Of a stretch of 64,000 nt of DNA, positions 26,780-40,876 are shown one piece after another (position 1 is the stretch's first letter; the number at the start of each line of letters is the position of its first letter). This DNA comes from Eledone cirrhosa (lineage: Eukaryota): NCBI GenBank assembly GCA_964016885.1, contig OZ024743.1:97898001-97962000 (forward strand). Reading direction: 5' to 3'. Both the position numbers and the translations under genes were made by a program. Below the pieces are notes generated by a model that saw only the letters and a list, made by a program, of their open reading frames with translations, was not told the origin of the DNA and did not search any database.

Positions 26780-27460
26780 TATATCTACATTAAACATATC
26801 TTAAAAAACGAATTTATACCATTTTTTATTGTCAACAAAAGCTCTGTGCACCTTAGGTCTGTGAAGTTTTTATATGTTATATATATTTGTGAGTCCTAGG
26901 GTTTCGATTATGTACCTGTGCTTTTATCATTCCCAAGGTACCTATGATTATTGACAGTTTCTCATTTCAACATTCGGATTATTTCTATCTCTACATCTTT
27001 ATATTTGGATATTTTCTCCATATGCTTGATAGATATATTGTCTTCTGTAGAGATTGATGCAGCAATTGGAAGACATTTTTTCTTTGTGGTATCCCTGTTG
27101 TGTGTATCAGTAAATCACCAAGTATGATTGTTTTGTGATTATCTGACACATTTCCTAGTATGTTTGTACAACCGCTTTTCTATTGGTATTTTGTAGAGTT
27201 CATATAATTACAATGAATATAAATCCCACATTTATCATGTCTGTTTTGGCTAAGACTGGGCACCCAGAGATAATGTGGCTAATTGTTTCTTCTCCATTAC
27301 CACACTATGTAGTTACTATATTGTGTATTTGTGGTGGTTTCTAGTGTGGTAGGTTTGATCTTGTGCTGCAATTAAAAAAACTTCAGTCTCGGGTTTTAGC
27401 CCAGTTTTTTTTAACAGGTTTTATAAATTTTGCTGGTCTCCTTCCTATTCAGTTTTTTTC
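26780..27460 (-). mobile_element. R4/Dong-like RLE non-LTR retrotransposon 3' fragment
   Basis: KPETE..LIAAQDQT, CGNGEETISHIISGCPVLA..RHD, EKISKYKDVEIEI, IIIGTLGMI. Confidence 0.8.
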
Positions 27461-27482
27461 AGTATTATTGTTATAATTATTA

Positions 27483-27673
27483 GGTGGATTGGCAGTATCG
27501 GTAGAGGGTCGGACGCCATGCTTTGCAGCAAAGAGTTGCGGCCCTTTATGATCTGAGTTCAAATCCCGCCGAGGTTAACTTAGCCTTTCATCCTTATGGG
27601 GTTGATAAAATAAAGTACCAGTAATACACTGGTATAATTGCCGGCCTTGTGCCAAACGTAGAAACAATTATTA
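27483..27673 (+). mobile_element. SINE family A
   Basis: Full head, core and tail. Confidence 0.9.
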
Positions 27674-27779
27674 GAGTTCCTCTCCGAGAATCAAACTCAC
27701 GATCGTCTGCCAACCCATCTAATCACTAAGCGCCATACCTTCACAACCATACACTGACAGTGTATTATATTACAAAAAC

Positions 27780-28150
27780 AAAAGTTGTGAGCCTCTATAT
27801 CAACACAGAGTGTAAGCCTCAGAACATATTATCAGATAATCTTTGTAATATAAACAATGTAATGCAAAGATGTAAGTTTTAATCGTCATGTTACATTGGA
27901 CACCGAAGCATGACACATTATCCACGACTGATTTTTACATTTACAAAGGTCCATTACAACGGATTACAATACAGAACACGAAACAAAACTAGATAGAAAT
28001 ACATTAATTGATAACGCATGTATCCTATACAGAATTCCACATGTAACCTCAAAGATTAGCAATGGAAGCTTTATTAATAGCCAAACACAATTAAAATTTC
28101 CCACAGATACACAGCACGGTGGTAATAAACTAAATACCTTTGCTGATTCC
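27780..28150 (+). pseudogene. Decayed GIY-YIG endonuclease of a Penelope-like element
   Basis: SCYIGH at ~27886-27903 and RLAMEALLIAKH at 28053-28088, in the order expected for the Penelope EN domain. Frameshifted. Confidence 0.6.
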
Positions 28151-28474
28151 AGAATCTAACTTGCAGTTAACACTTACAGTTTGAAATATTCCAATGTTGA
28201 TTGTATTAGGATGAATAACATTCCCATTACCCTTGCTGCCCACTAAGAAACCTGGCAATAAAACCAATGCCACTCGCATCTACTTCATCTAGATAAGAAG
28301 ACTGAGAAAGCATAGGAATCTTTATGGATTTAGTAATGTTATTGTTGCAAACTAAACATAGATATAAGAAAAATCATTATTAAAAATATTAAACCCGAAC
28401 ACATTTATGACTTCGTATTATATTTATGTACTTATATATGTACTATATATGAATATGTGAATATGTGGATATAT

Positions 28475-28543
<69 letters not shown>

Positions 28544-28631
28544 TGAATGGGCATTCCTTTACCTGATTGGATTTTAAAATTTATTTTGATTATCTTCGAA
28601 CACAAACATAGATAATATGTATTATATATCA

Positions 28632-28880
28632 CGCGGTAGATTGGCAGTACCGGTAAAACGTCAGACAAGTTTTCGGTATAGAGTTACGGCCCTTTATGCC
28701 ATGAGTTCAAATTCCACCACGATTAGCTTTGCCGTTCATCCTTACGGGGTCGATAAAACAAAGCACTGGGGTTCATTTAATCGAGATAAAACAAAGTACC
28801 AGTAACGCACTGGGGTTCACTTAATCGACTTTCCCTTCCCCCAAAATTGTTGGCCTTGTGAATAAATCAGAGATCATTAT
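28632..28880 (+). mobile_element. SINE family A variant with internal duplication
   Basis: Head and core present; GATAAAACAAAG..CACTGGGGTTCA duplicated. Confidence 0.75.
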
Positions 28881-29793
28881 ATATACGCGCATAAGTGAGT
28901 GTGTGTGTGTGTGTGTATCTATGAATCTATTATGTATGTATGTATCTATGTATGTATATGTCTGTATGAGTTCATGTATAGTTGCAGAAAGCCTCCACCT
29001 AGAAGATAAAGTCTATCTTGTTCTTGTTCATAGATAAACACACAAACTGTTATTCATCCGAATATAGGGATCATCTATTGTCTCTCTGTTGCACGTGATT
29101 TATAGGTTTATGTTCGTTACAAGGATTACGTTGATCCAGGTGCACTGCTACATATTCTTTTGCCTCAACCATAGTTAATAAATAGTTGAAAAGCTATTTT
29201 CATGTATTTCCCCATCGTTGTCACATGGATATCTTTTTCTTATGTACCTTTATGTTGATTGATATCAGGTGAGCAGTTAGCTGATACAACAAAATATCTT
29301 GTGTCATTCCACACAACAAATAAGGTCAGTTAACTTTAGTCGGGGTTTCTCTGAATATCCTACTCCAAATAATGGTCGCTCTCCGATAGGTTTACAGTCG
29401 AGCCCGTAACAGTAGAGATTTCAAGTGTCCTTGGCCCTAGGGCCACCTCCTTACTCACCACCATCGACACAGAGTTGGCTACCCGCAGTTGTGAGCCTCG
29501 TGAGCTGGAATGGTTCATCCAGTGCGTCTCCCTCACCATCCTCCGAGGACATGCCTGCTCTATTCTGTCCGCCTGAACCGCGAGGCGTCAAACGCGTGGC
29601 CATGCATTTGCTCATAATAGTCAGAGTTCCTTTGTGTTCGGACCTGGTGTATACATATATATATACACGCACACACACACACATATATATACATATATAT
29701 ATATCTATATCCAAAATTAAGATAAATCAATGATTATTCATGTTTATTTATATGTTAATCAATCTCTAATTATTATATATATATATATAACTG

Positions 29794-30598
29794 TCTTTTT
29801 ATTTGCCACCAGGGCATCAAAAGTGGGACAAGTACAAAGGGGGGAGTTTACATGCAAAGGCGTCCTCAATATGGAGGAGGCAATAACAAGATATAAAAGT
29901 ATAAAAATAAAATAAAATATAACAAAATAAATTTTATAACAAAATCCTCAATAGGGAGGAGGCGCCTTGGGGGGTCGCACACACCCCCGAAAAAAAGTGT
30001 GCAACCCTTCTCCTCAGGAGTACAGAGAGGGGGTGCTCCCTTGGTCTTTCATCTTCCTCACCTATAGTCTGATGTAGAGTGAAGGCCCATTCACATGGGC
30101 CATTCTCGCCACTTTCACCCATCTTTCATAAAAACGGCTGGGGTGCAGCACCTCTCTCTCCATCCTGATCCTTCTTCCGAAATGATATCGGAAGAAACGG
30201 ACCAGTTGTTGGCCAGAGAGAAAGGTGTCTGACCTCAGTCCTTTCAGACGTGTCCACCATAAGACCTCTTTCGCCATGGCTATTACGCACAGAAAAACCG
30301 CCTCCTCTTAGTTTTTGAAGAGGGGAGGCGGCTTGATCGTTACAATGGACTCGGTGGTCAACCAGATCGGTCCCACCCTTGACAGCAGTTGTTCGACATA
30401 GCCCCACAGATCGGCAATGCCCGAGCAGTGTACCAAAGCGTGTGCAACGGTTTCCTCGTCGCACACGCATCTGGGACAGATCTTTTTCGAGGGGTCCCTA
30501 GCCGGGCGCCCGTGTCTGTAGAGCCTTTCTCGAACGGGCAGAGCCCCTCGGTAGCACTGCCAGGCCAGGGACCTCTGGAAATTATTCATGGGTCCCGG
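29794..30598 (-). mobile_element. 5'-truncated Tx1 fragment (zinc finger + 3' UTR)
   Basis: GPMNNFQRSLAWQCYRGALP, CPRC..ETVAHALVHC, MAKEVLWWTRLKG; ends GGCAAATAAAAA. Confidence 0.9.
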
Positions 30599-30717
30599 TA
30601 GTGGTGGTGGTGGTAGTAGTAGTGGTAGTAGTAGTGGTGGTGGTAGTAGTGGTATTAGTTGTAGTAGTAGTAGTAGCAGTGGTAGTAGTGGTATTCGTTG
30701 CAGTAGTAGTAGTGGTG

Positions 30718-30780
<63 letters not shown>

Positions 30781-30851
30781 TTAGTTGTAGTAGTAGTAGC
30801 AGTAGCAGTAGTATGTAGTACGTAGTAGTAGTAGTAGTGGTTGTGGTGGTT

Positions 30852-30892
<41 letters not shown>

Positions 30893-31109
30893 GGTGGTGG
30901 TGGTAGTGGTGGTGGTAGTAGTAGTGGTAATGGTAGTAGTGGTGGTGGTGGTGGTTGTAGTAGTGGTAGTAGTAGTAGTAGTGGTAGTAGTGGTGGCGGT
31001 TGTAGTAGTAGTGGTAGTAGTAGTAGTAGTGGTAGTAGTGGTGGCGGTTGTAGTAGTAGTAGTAGTGGTGGTGGTGGTGGTGGTGGTGGTTGTAGTGGTG
31101 GTGGTGGTT

Positions 31110-31156
<47 letters not shown>

Positions 31157-31258
31157 GGTGGTGGTGGTCGTCGTCGTAGTAGTGGTGGTGGTGGTCATAG
31201 TAGTAGTGGTGGTGGTGGTGGTGGTGGTGGTGGTGGTGGTAGTAGTAGTAGTAGTGGT
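30599..31258. repeat. Compound (GTA/GTG)n trinucleotide tract
   Basis: 660-bp tract abutting the 5' truncation of a Tx1 fragment. Confidence 0.97.
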
Positions 31259-31713
31259 GAGAAGGATGGTGGCCTGAGTGGAAGTGATGTTACTGTTAGT
31301 AGTAATGTGAATGTAGCTATCATCAATGGTGGTGCTGGTGTTAGTGGGGACATTTCCGAGACATTTATCTTCCTAAGTGAATGTCATCGCATTAGTAGTA
31401 GTTTACTGATCCCATCCTTGAATATTCCATTACTAAGCAAATTTCTCTTGAGTTACGGACCATTTTTTCATTTTTATTTGTATTTTTACTTTTTTGTTTA
31501 GTTTATTATTATGTTTTGTTTCGTTTTGTTTGTTTGTTTTTCCCCTTTTTCCTGACACTAGATTTCTTTCCTGTCACGCCATTACCTCCCTTTGTCTTCT
31601 TAACTGCATGACTTCAGTTATTACCTATATATTTTATTTTTATAGTTTTTATTTATCTTAAGGATAAACCCAACTAATTTCACAAAGAATGGCCTCTCTC
31701 GAATAAAAAAAAC

Positions 31714-31809
<96 letters not shown>

Positions 31810-31974
31810 ACAACACGATAGAATTTCGACAATAAATAATACAATAAATAGAAACAAAAAGAAAGCTACTATGATTACTAATTGTGTTATAAATTACAAA
31901 TGGTTAGATGTCTATTCTGCAATAGTCTTCAATAAGATAAAATATCCATTACATTTGACACCAACGAATTAAAC

Positions 31975-34510
31975 CTTATTTTAAGACTTCCAGTGTAAAT
32001 CGTAAATTTGGGGTATTATCCGAAAAGCTATTTTATATTGTCCTTCTTTCGTTTAATTCAATTTAAAATAAAATAATCATTGTAATACATTTACCTACCG
32101 TTCTAAAAATTAGGCATAAATAGTTTATACTTTGCACGACAGGGTTGAATGAATGAATGTATGAATAAATAAATCTCAAATAATTACTCACTTCACGAAC
32201 AGATCTTTCGTTTAAAGGCGAGAAAACACTTTTGAGAAAATCCTATTGGCAAACAAAATAGTTTCCTGATTCATAGCGTGAAATATTACCAAAGCGAGAT
32301 ATTTGTATTCGGAAATAGAACACAATTTACACATTGATTCAATGATTAATCGATTCATTGATGGTTTCCCTAAATCGGAAGAGAAATATCGATATTGTGA
32401 GGCAGAATCTTCTTACAGGTTTAAGTGTTTTATAAAATTATGATTTTTGTTTCAGCAAATCATAATCTCTTTACTTAGAATGGACGTCAATGGACCTCCG
32501 TCGGTTATGAGGATGAGTGATTCAGTTCAAAGGAACAACCTGTTCGTGTAATTAACATGCAAGTAGCTGAGCCTTCCACAAACACTTAGACCCTTTACCT
32601 AATTCTCAATGTGATTCAGCAGGACACATCATGAAATAACGGTGGTCCTTTCAATTACAAGTACAGTCCATCTGTTGGGCTTCCATGTAGTTTCCGTTTA
32701 CCCAATTTCACTTAGAGCAGATTGGAACCTCATTATTGCGAAGCGAACTGCTTGTTCATCGACGTCTCTTGAATTTTAGAGCGGTAATTATATCAGCTCA
32801 ACGCTTTCTGATTTCAAATCCCACCAAGGTCGATAACGGCGCAGGATGTTGACGTACATGCGCAACTGATGGTTTTTCATAAAAATACATTGTCAGACTT
32901 GTGATCTGAAAAAGAACATTCCAGATGAAGACGCCATAAAGATCTATGGAATATAAGGAGGTCTCGGAGATAATGTATATAGTTAGTTTGTTTATTTGGG
33001 GTTATATAAACCTATCAGTTCTGAAAACATCTTTTTCTTAAAAGATGTTTGCCATGTATAAGGTAAACAGTACAACATAAACTGATCTTTACAATTGATA
33101 TACAATCGCTATAACGATTGGAGAAAATGTTGGTTTTAATATGTATTCTATATTTCTATATATTTTTTCACCGATTTTAAGATTAGTATGCCACTGTACT
33201 GGGGCACTGCCTTGAAGCGATTTTGTTGATCATATCAGCAACAGGACTTCTTTATTCGTACCTGGCACTTATGTTATTTATTTATTTTTGTTGTTCTGTT
33301 ACGTTACGGGGGGGGGGGGCAGAAACAAACACAGACGCTGACACGGTACAGACACACATATATATATATATATACATGAGCACCAATTCTAATATATATA
33401 TATATATTATAAAAGTGAAGTGAGACGGTATTACGTATACATCCTCTGTCTATTACATCATCCTGTTATGTACGTTTCGAATATATATATATACACGATG
33501 GATTTACATAAAGTTTGCGGCTACCAAATGTTATTCATAAAGATGTTTGCAATGCATTAGAACTGATCCCGCAACCCTGTGATAGAGAACCGAACTCCTT
33601 AACCACACACCTTTTCTTACGCTAATCAGTTCCACTTTATTTTGAGACTCACCAACGAAATTTTAACTTTAGGGTATTTTTCCATTATTATATATCATTG
33701 TCCATTCGTTAAATTCAATATAAAAAATAATCATCGTAAGATATTTATTTGCCTTTCTGAGAATTAGAAATAAATAGTTTATACGTTCCACAGCAGAATT
33801 GAATAAATGTATGTATGAATAAATAAATCACAAATAATTACTTATTTCACGAACAAATCTTTCATTTAAAGATGAGGAAACATTTTTCACAAAATTCTAA
33901 TGACAAAATATTTTCAGTAATTCATGGAATTTTATATTCGTGAATCTAACATAATTTACACATTTATGGCACTCTTCAATGTATAAAATCCCCTATAATT
34001 GATACATCGAGTTACTGACTGATAGATTGATTAAGGGATTCAATGATTAGTTGATTCATGGATAGTGCCACTAGATTGGCAAATTTCCAAACTACTCGTT
34101 ACGGTAAATTCTATCCGAATACGCTATGGTATTTGTTTCGGCTCCCAATGATATATATTAATTGCTACCTTCATCAACTTTAACATTCATCTTTACGGGG
34201 GCGATAAAAGAAAGAAAGTAATAACAGGCAAAATCTAGGGTTTACTTAATTGATCCCCGCTTTCCCTTCAAATTGCTGGCCTTGTGTCTAATTCAAAAAC
34301 CATTTAATGATGGGAAAAACATTTTTTACCAAGTTCTGACATTTATAAGGTGAAATGTTAGCAATAAGAGATTTCTATATTCATGAAACGAATATAATCT
34401 ACACATATATGATACCGTTTGGTGTATAAAATCTGCTATAATTGATACATCGAGTGGGTGATTGATAGATTCAATGATTAATCGATTCATAGCTAGTTAC
34501 CCTAAATTGA
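31975..34510 (+). repeat. Old local duplication: ~31975-32375 vs ~33638-34080, partial third copy ~34420-34510
   Basis: Shared ATAAATAGTTTATAC, GTATGAATAAATAAATC.CAAATAATTACT, TTCACGAACA.ATCTTTC and GATTCAATGATTA blocks. Confidence 0.75.
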
Positions 34511-34594
34511 GGAATTATCAGAGTCGTTGGAACAGATGCTACCAAAATGTCTTGCGATATTTGTACAGCTCTTTTTGTAATATGAGTAAAAAAT

Positions 34595-35660
34595 GATAAA
34601 GCGTTTTGAAAAGTATCAAAAGTATAAGTTATGAAAAGTGGGTAATCATAATTCTAATGTGATTAGTTAAAAAAAAAATAATTAATTAATTAAAGTGTAG
34701 TAACTTGTTGCCAAACCTGTTCACGTGCACGTGTGTGGGTTTATATTACGAAAGAATCAAATGGTGTGGTCTTATCACAAATGAATTATGATACATACTC
34801 TAGGCATTATGTACTATGTATTAGGACATATCGTATGTCAATACGGTGCCCCTACGATTCCTGCATGAGTTAAGGGACAAGAAGATTATGGTATATACTT
34901 TAGATTTAGATTTTTTTTATTTTATATCATTTTATACTTTTCATATTATATTCCATACCTAATTTGTAATTTTGATATTACGTTTACCCTTTTGATCCTA
35001 TACCAACTACAGATTTCTGGAATTAATTACTGTCAATTATTCACTTACGTTTATTACCTAACATTGAGTTCAAATCCCGCCAAGGTTAACTTTGTCTTTC
35101 ATCCATACGGGGTCGATAAAATAAAGTACCAGTAATACACTGTGATAATTGCTGGCCTTGTGCCAAAAGTAGAAACAATTATCATTGTAATTATCCAGTC
35201 TTCGTAATTTATTTACCTCGCCCCTTTATTAAGAGTCTATATAACCTCTCGTAGCATGAATACTACTCTTATTATCTGATACACATTACATCATGAACTG
35301 GCCACATAGTTGATACCTTCTGGAGCCCTGGATTTGATTCTCTACCTGGAGTACTGGGTATATATTGAACATGTTCAAGAAATGTTCAAGAAATGTTCCC
35401 TATTTTCATATATTAAATCTACTCGGTTACATGAACCTCTCCTGGATCCTAGGAATTGGAGAACATTCGGTCCGTCTAGCTGGTCATAGGACCGCGTTAT
35501 TGAATGTTTTTCGTAATATATACCGACACACGTGCCCGTGAACAGGTTTGGCAACCGGTTAGTTACAATCTAATTAATTAATTATTAAATAATCACGTTA
35601 GAATTGGAATTATCCATTTTTCATAACTTTATACTTTTGATACTTTTCACAACTCTTTAC
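34595..35660. repeat. Diverged ~185-bp inverted repeat pair
   Basis: 34595-34780 is the reverse complement of ~35483-35660 (GTTGCCAAACCTGTTCACG / CGTGAACAGGTTTGGCAAC). Confidence 0.8.
35065..35183 (+). mobile_element. SINE family A, 5'-truncated
   Basis: Runs from B-box to tail. Confidence 0.85.
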
Positions 35661-35873
35661 AATTCTTGTATCTTTAACTTTTTCTTAATTTATCTACCGT
35701 ATAATTATTCCTAATTGTTTACCATTGGTTTCTCCTTTTTATAACACTCTGTTTCCTCTAAGATCTTCACCATCACCCTATTATCTCACCCTCTATCCAC
35801 TCCATACCAATACCAAATCAATTACTTTTTTAAACCAATTATTCACATTTATTACGTATTATTATAACTATGA

Positions 35874-36088
35874 GGGCGGTGGTTTGGCAGTATCGGTAGA
35901 GAGTCGGACAATGTTTTGCGGCATTGAGTTACGTCCCTTTATTTTTCCAGTTCAAATCCCGCCGAGGTTAACTTTCCCTTTCATCCTTGCGAGGTTGATA
36001 AAATAAAGTACCAGTAATACACTGGAGTCGATTTAATAGACTTTCCCCTCCCCCCAAATTGTTGGCCTTGAGCCTAAATCAGAAAAGG
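35874..36088 (+). mobile_element. SINE family A, long variant
   Basis: Head GGGCGGTGGTTTGGCAG, core and tail. Confidence 0.85.
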
Positions 36089-36139
36089 TTATTACAACTC
36101 TCAACTCTTCCTTATTTACTTACCTTTTATACTGTAATA

Positions 36140-38085
36140 TGTATTATTATATACACCCTAAGTATTATATATTATTATATACACCCTAAGTATTATATAT
36201 TATTATATACACCCTAAGTATTATATATTATTATATACACAATAAGTATTATATATTATTATATACACCCTAAGTATTATATATTATTATATACACCCTA
36301 AGTAGTATATATTATTATATACACCCTAAGTATTATATATTATTATATACACAATAAGTATTATATATTATTATATATACCCTAAGTATTATATATTATC
36401 ATATACACCCTAAGTATTATATATTATTATATACACCCTAAGTATTATATATTATTATATACACCCTAAGTAATATGTATTATTATATATACTCTAAGTA
36501 TTATATATTATTATATATACCCTAAGTATACACAATAAGTATTATATATTATTATATATACCCTAAGTATTATATATTATTATATACACCCTAAGTATTA
36601 TATATTATTATATACACCTTAAGTATTATATATTATTATATACACCCTAAGTATTATATATTATTATATACACAATAAGTATTATATATTATTATATACA
36701 CCCTAAGTATTATATATTATTATACACACCCTAAGTAATATGTATTATTATATATACCCTAAGTATTATATATTATTATATACACCCTAAGTATTATATA
36801 TTATTATATATACCCTAAGTATTATATATTATTATATACAACCTAAGTATTATATATTATTATATACACCCTAAGTATTATATATTATTATATATACTCT
36901 AAGTATTATATATTATTATATATACCCTAAGTATTATATATTATTATATACACCCTAAGTATTATATATTATTATATACACCCTAAGTATTATATATTAT
37001 TATATACACCCTAAGTATTATATATTATTATATATTATTATATATACCCTAAGTATTATATATTATTATATACACCCTAAGTATTATATATTAGTATATA
37101 CACCCTAAGTATAATATATTATTATACACACCCTAAGTAATATGTATTATTATATATACTCTAAGTATTATATATTATTATATATACCCTAAGTATTATA
37201 TATTATTATATATTATTATATACACCCTAAGTATTATATATTATTATATACACTCTAAGTATTATATATTATTATACACACCCTAAGTAATATGTATTAT
37301 TATATATACCCTAAGTATTATATATTATTATATACACCCTAAGTATTATATATTATTATATATACCCTAAGTATTATATAGTATTATATAGTATTATATA
37401 CAACCTAAGTATTATATATTATTATATACACCCTAAGTATTATATATTATTATATATATACTCTAAGTATTATATATTATTATATATACCCTAAGTATTA
37501 TATATTATTATATACACCATAAGTATTATATATTATTATATACACCCTAAGTATTATATATTATTATATATACCCTAAGTATTATATATTATTATATATT
37601 ATTATATACACCCTAAGTATTATATATTATTATATACACCCTAAGTATTATATATTATTATATACACCCTAAGTATTATATATTATTATATACACTCTAA
37701 GTATTATATATTATTATACACACCCTAAGTAATATGTATTATTATATATACCCTAAGTATTATATATTATTATATACACCCTAAGTATTATATATTATTA
37801 TATATACCCTAAGTATTATATATTATTATATACACCCTAAGTATTATATATTATTATATACACCCTAAGTATTATATATTATTATATATACTCTAAGTAT
37901 TATATATTATTATATATACCCTAAGTATTATATATTATTATATACACCCTAAGTATTATATATTATTATATACACCCTAAGTATTATATATTATTATATA
38001 CACCCTAAGTATTATATATTATTTTATATACCCTAAGTATTATATATTATTATATATTATTATATACACCCTAAGTATTATAGAT
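36140..38085. repeat. 28-bp minisatellite (CACCCTAAGTATTATATATTATTATATA), roughly 65-70 copies
   Basis: Period 28 (36154, 36182, ...) with recurrent variant units. Confidence 0.97.
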
Positions 38086-38896
38086 TATTTATCATGTATT
38101 ATGTCATTTCATTTATATTTATACCTTTGTATTTTATTTTTTATTTCATATTATACTTTTTCTTTTATATTTCATGTGTAATTTGGAATTGTTGATATTA
38201 CGTGACCCCTGTTGACCTAAAACCAGCTACCGACTTTAATTAATTTTTTTCTACTATTCTTTTACACCTGTTATTTAATGTAATTATCTACGCTTCGTAA
38301 TGTCACCTACACCAGGTGACAAAACCTGACATGGCCCCGAAGCTGGGTCGACTGTGGCTCATTAGACAGACGAGGTCGTCCCCCAGTGTACCGATGTCCA
38401 ACATAACTGGACTCTGCCTCACAAACAGTTGCTCTTGGCTCTATTCGGGGCCTTCTTGATCGTAGCGATGGCAACATCTCCAATGGATTAACTTCCCTTT
38501 CGAGTGAAGCAAATTTCTTCAGTAAAATCGGAAAGACGGCGCCCCGCCTGATGAGAAGGCCCTGTGAGGTTGGGAGGCTGTTGAAGCGGGTGTCTCTAGC
38601 CATTCTCCGCAGTAACGATTTGTCTGCGGGTGCAGGGCTGAGGTACCACCCACACTGCGGTGTAGTGTCTGTCTCTCCTCCTTTCATCCATTTCTTCTTT
38701 TTGTTCTTTTCATTCCCTCTTTTTCTTCCTTTTCAGAATATTATTTCTAAACTCAATTCAATATACGAGATTTATAGATTCTGGATTTAATTTAATCAGA
38801 GTTTAAGTGAATTGATGAAAGTTACATGTCTTGAACAGATTATTTATGTGATTAGATTCACTTGATACATTTCTAAGTATATCTGTTTTCTTTCAG

Positions 38897-38971
38897 GTAT
38901 TGAATTGGGAAGTCGTAAAGAGAGCTCAGAATTTCTAAACGATCTGCATAGTATGCCTTTTTATAAATCAA
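38897..38971 (+). CDS. Candidate 75-bp internal exon of an unidentified host gene (IELGSRKESSEFLNDLHSMPFYKS)
   Basis: Acceptor TGTTTTCTTTCAG, donor GTGAGT, one open phase-1/1 frame, non-repetitive context. Confidence 0.42.
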
Positions 38972-39139
38972 GTGAGTATCACAAAATAAAATATATTTTT
39001 TGTAAATTTACTATTTTTAGTATTCATTTAGCTTTTAATCTAACACTAAAAATAAATCAAATGAATTGCAATGGATGTGTACTTAATATATATCGTATAT
39101 ATGCGAGGGAAATTTGAATTTTTAGACTTTCTTTTTCAG

Positions 39140-39177
39140 TTGATGTGGATCAAATATTAGACGTATACTATTTCCAG
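39140..39177 (+). CDS. Candidate next exon (IDVDQILDVYYFQ)
   Basis: Acceptor CTTTCTTTTTCAG, CAG|GTGATA donor; frame compatible with the preceding candidate exon. Confidence 0.35.
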
Positions 39178-40630
39178 GTGATAAAGTTCACACTTTAATT
39201 CAAAATACCGCATCAATAAGCAACATCATAAATTGACTCTAAGTGAATAAAAAAGAAACAATAAATTGAAGTAATATTATTGAGGTTTCTACTCCCCGAA
39301 ACAAACTATCTATAGCAAAGACCAGAAATAAGGTCCCGTAACTCTTATATTTTCACCTGCGCACATCAGAATATATTATAAGGAAAAATTAATTTGATCA
39401 TCGTAACAGTTGCATTTAGGATAATAACTTGATACATAAATGTTGTTCGTAATCTTGTACGTAAAAAGTTAGGGTTCACTTCGACATGAGATACATTAAA
39501 AAAATCAAAATTAGGAGCGAAAATCAGGGATCGACTTTTACATGAGTAAATACGGTAAATACCACGGCTTTATTTGGTCAAAATACATGACCCTGCATAG
39601 CTGTGTGTTTCTTTTTGTGTACCTTGGGACTCATGTATGAATATAGACATCTAACTCACTCATGATTCTAATATCAAAGTAGATGTAGAGTTATGTTAAA
39701 CTTATCTACTTTTGTACATAAAGTATTCTCATTCTATTTGAGTACATGTGTGTGTGTCTGTGTATAGGTGTGTGTGAGTGTGTGTCTGTCTGTCTGCCAG
39801 TGTATGTATGATTAATTATGTGCTAAATAATAAATAGAATTATTTGAAAAAACATGATGTGTTATTAATTTCTAAAATTTGATGCATTGCTGTGAAGCAC
39901 CACAAATATTTCAAGTAGAAAAGTAATTCTTTATTTCCATCAGTATCATCATTAGCTTTGCATGTAATACGGCAAGCGACGTTTCACTGCCATAGAAACA
40001 GAACTCTTACGTTACGCTATTGATATTATCAATTATATTCTTTAAAAGTCAGAGATTTTTCTGTTTTCACTCTTCATGTATTTGTGCAGTTTAGATGAGA
40101 TAATGGCTCAACTCGCTTAACTTTCTTCCCACTGATAATATGCTCATCTATAGATGAATTTATTAATAGTAAGTGGGTGTTATAAGCATAGTCTGCAATG
40201 TTTTTGGTCGTATATGACATTTCATGGTTGATTTGATCAGTCCCTAATGAATTCACAAGACCAGACAAAAGGTTATCTACAGTTAGTTCAGGGGAACGGA
40301 TTGCACAACATGTAATTTATGTGGGAGGATCTGCAGATCTATTGGTGAGTTAAAACGACAGCGTTAAACATCAGAATATACCACTGAGTATTGATGGGCA
40401 TTGGTACAGCCATGTTTGTATGTTCTGACAAAATTCATATAGGTGTCTGGTCTGAAAGGGCCGCTTCCGAAAATAAGATTATTTTAAAATATTCAGTGAT
40501 GGACAGGTATTATACATGTATGCTGAATCTATATGTATGTGTGTGCAAGTAGGCGCGCACACAGACACTCACACACACATACATATTTAAAGAGAAAGAT
40601 ATATCTATACCTTCATATGTGTATGCGTAT

Positions 40631-40860
40631 ATATATATATATATATATCTAGGGCGGGTAAAATTCCTGAGATCCATGGACGAGATTGGGAATACAGAAG
40701 ATGATGTGGTTGAGAGGAAGAGCAAAGCCTGGGCGGCATACCACAGCTTGAGATCGGTGTGAAAGTCGGACCTTCGTAAAGACCTGAAAATCCGCCTCTT
40801 CATTGCTGTAGTGGTGCCTGTGCTGCTGTACGGGTCTGAGACTTGGATACTGACCAAGAA
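40631..40860 (+). mobile_element. RTE-clade LINE fragment (post-RT region)
   Basis: RKSKAWAAYHSL..LKIRLFIAVVVPVLLYGSETWILTK; lies between (TA)n tracts. Confidence 0.8.
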
Positions 40861-40876
40861 TATATATATATATATA

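Noticed and set aside
30308-31277. 296-aa poly-Thr ORF fused to a zinc finger
   Set aside because: Stop-free trinucleotide tract abutting a truncated Tx1 fragment.
38545-38600. CTGATGA...GAAG...GTC hammerhead-like motif
   Set aside because: GAAA is absent and stem I does not pair.
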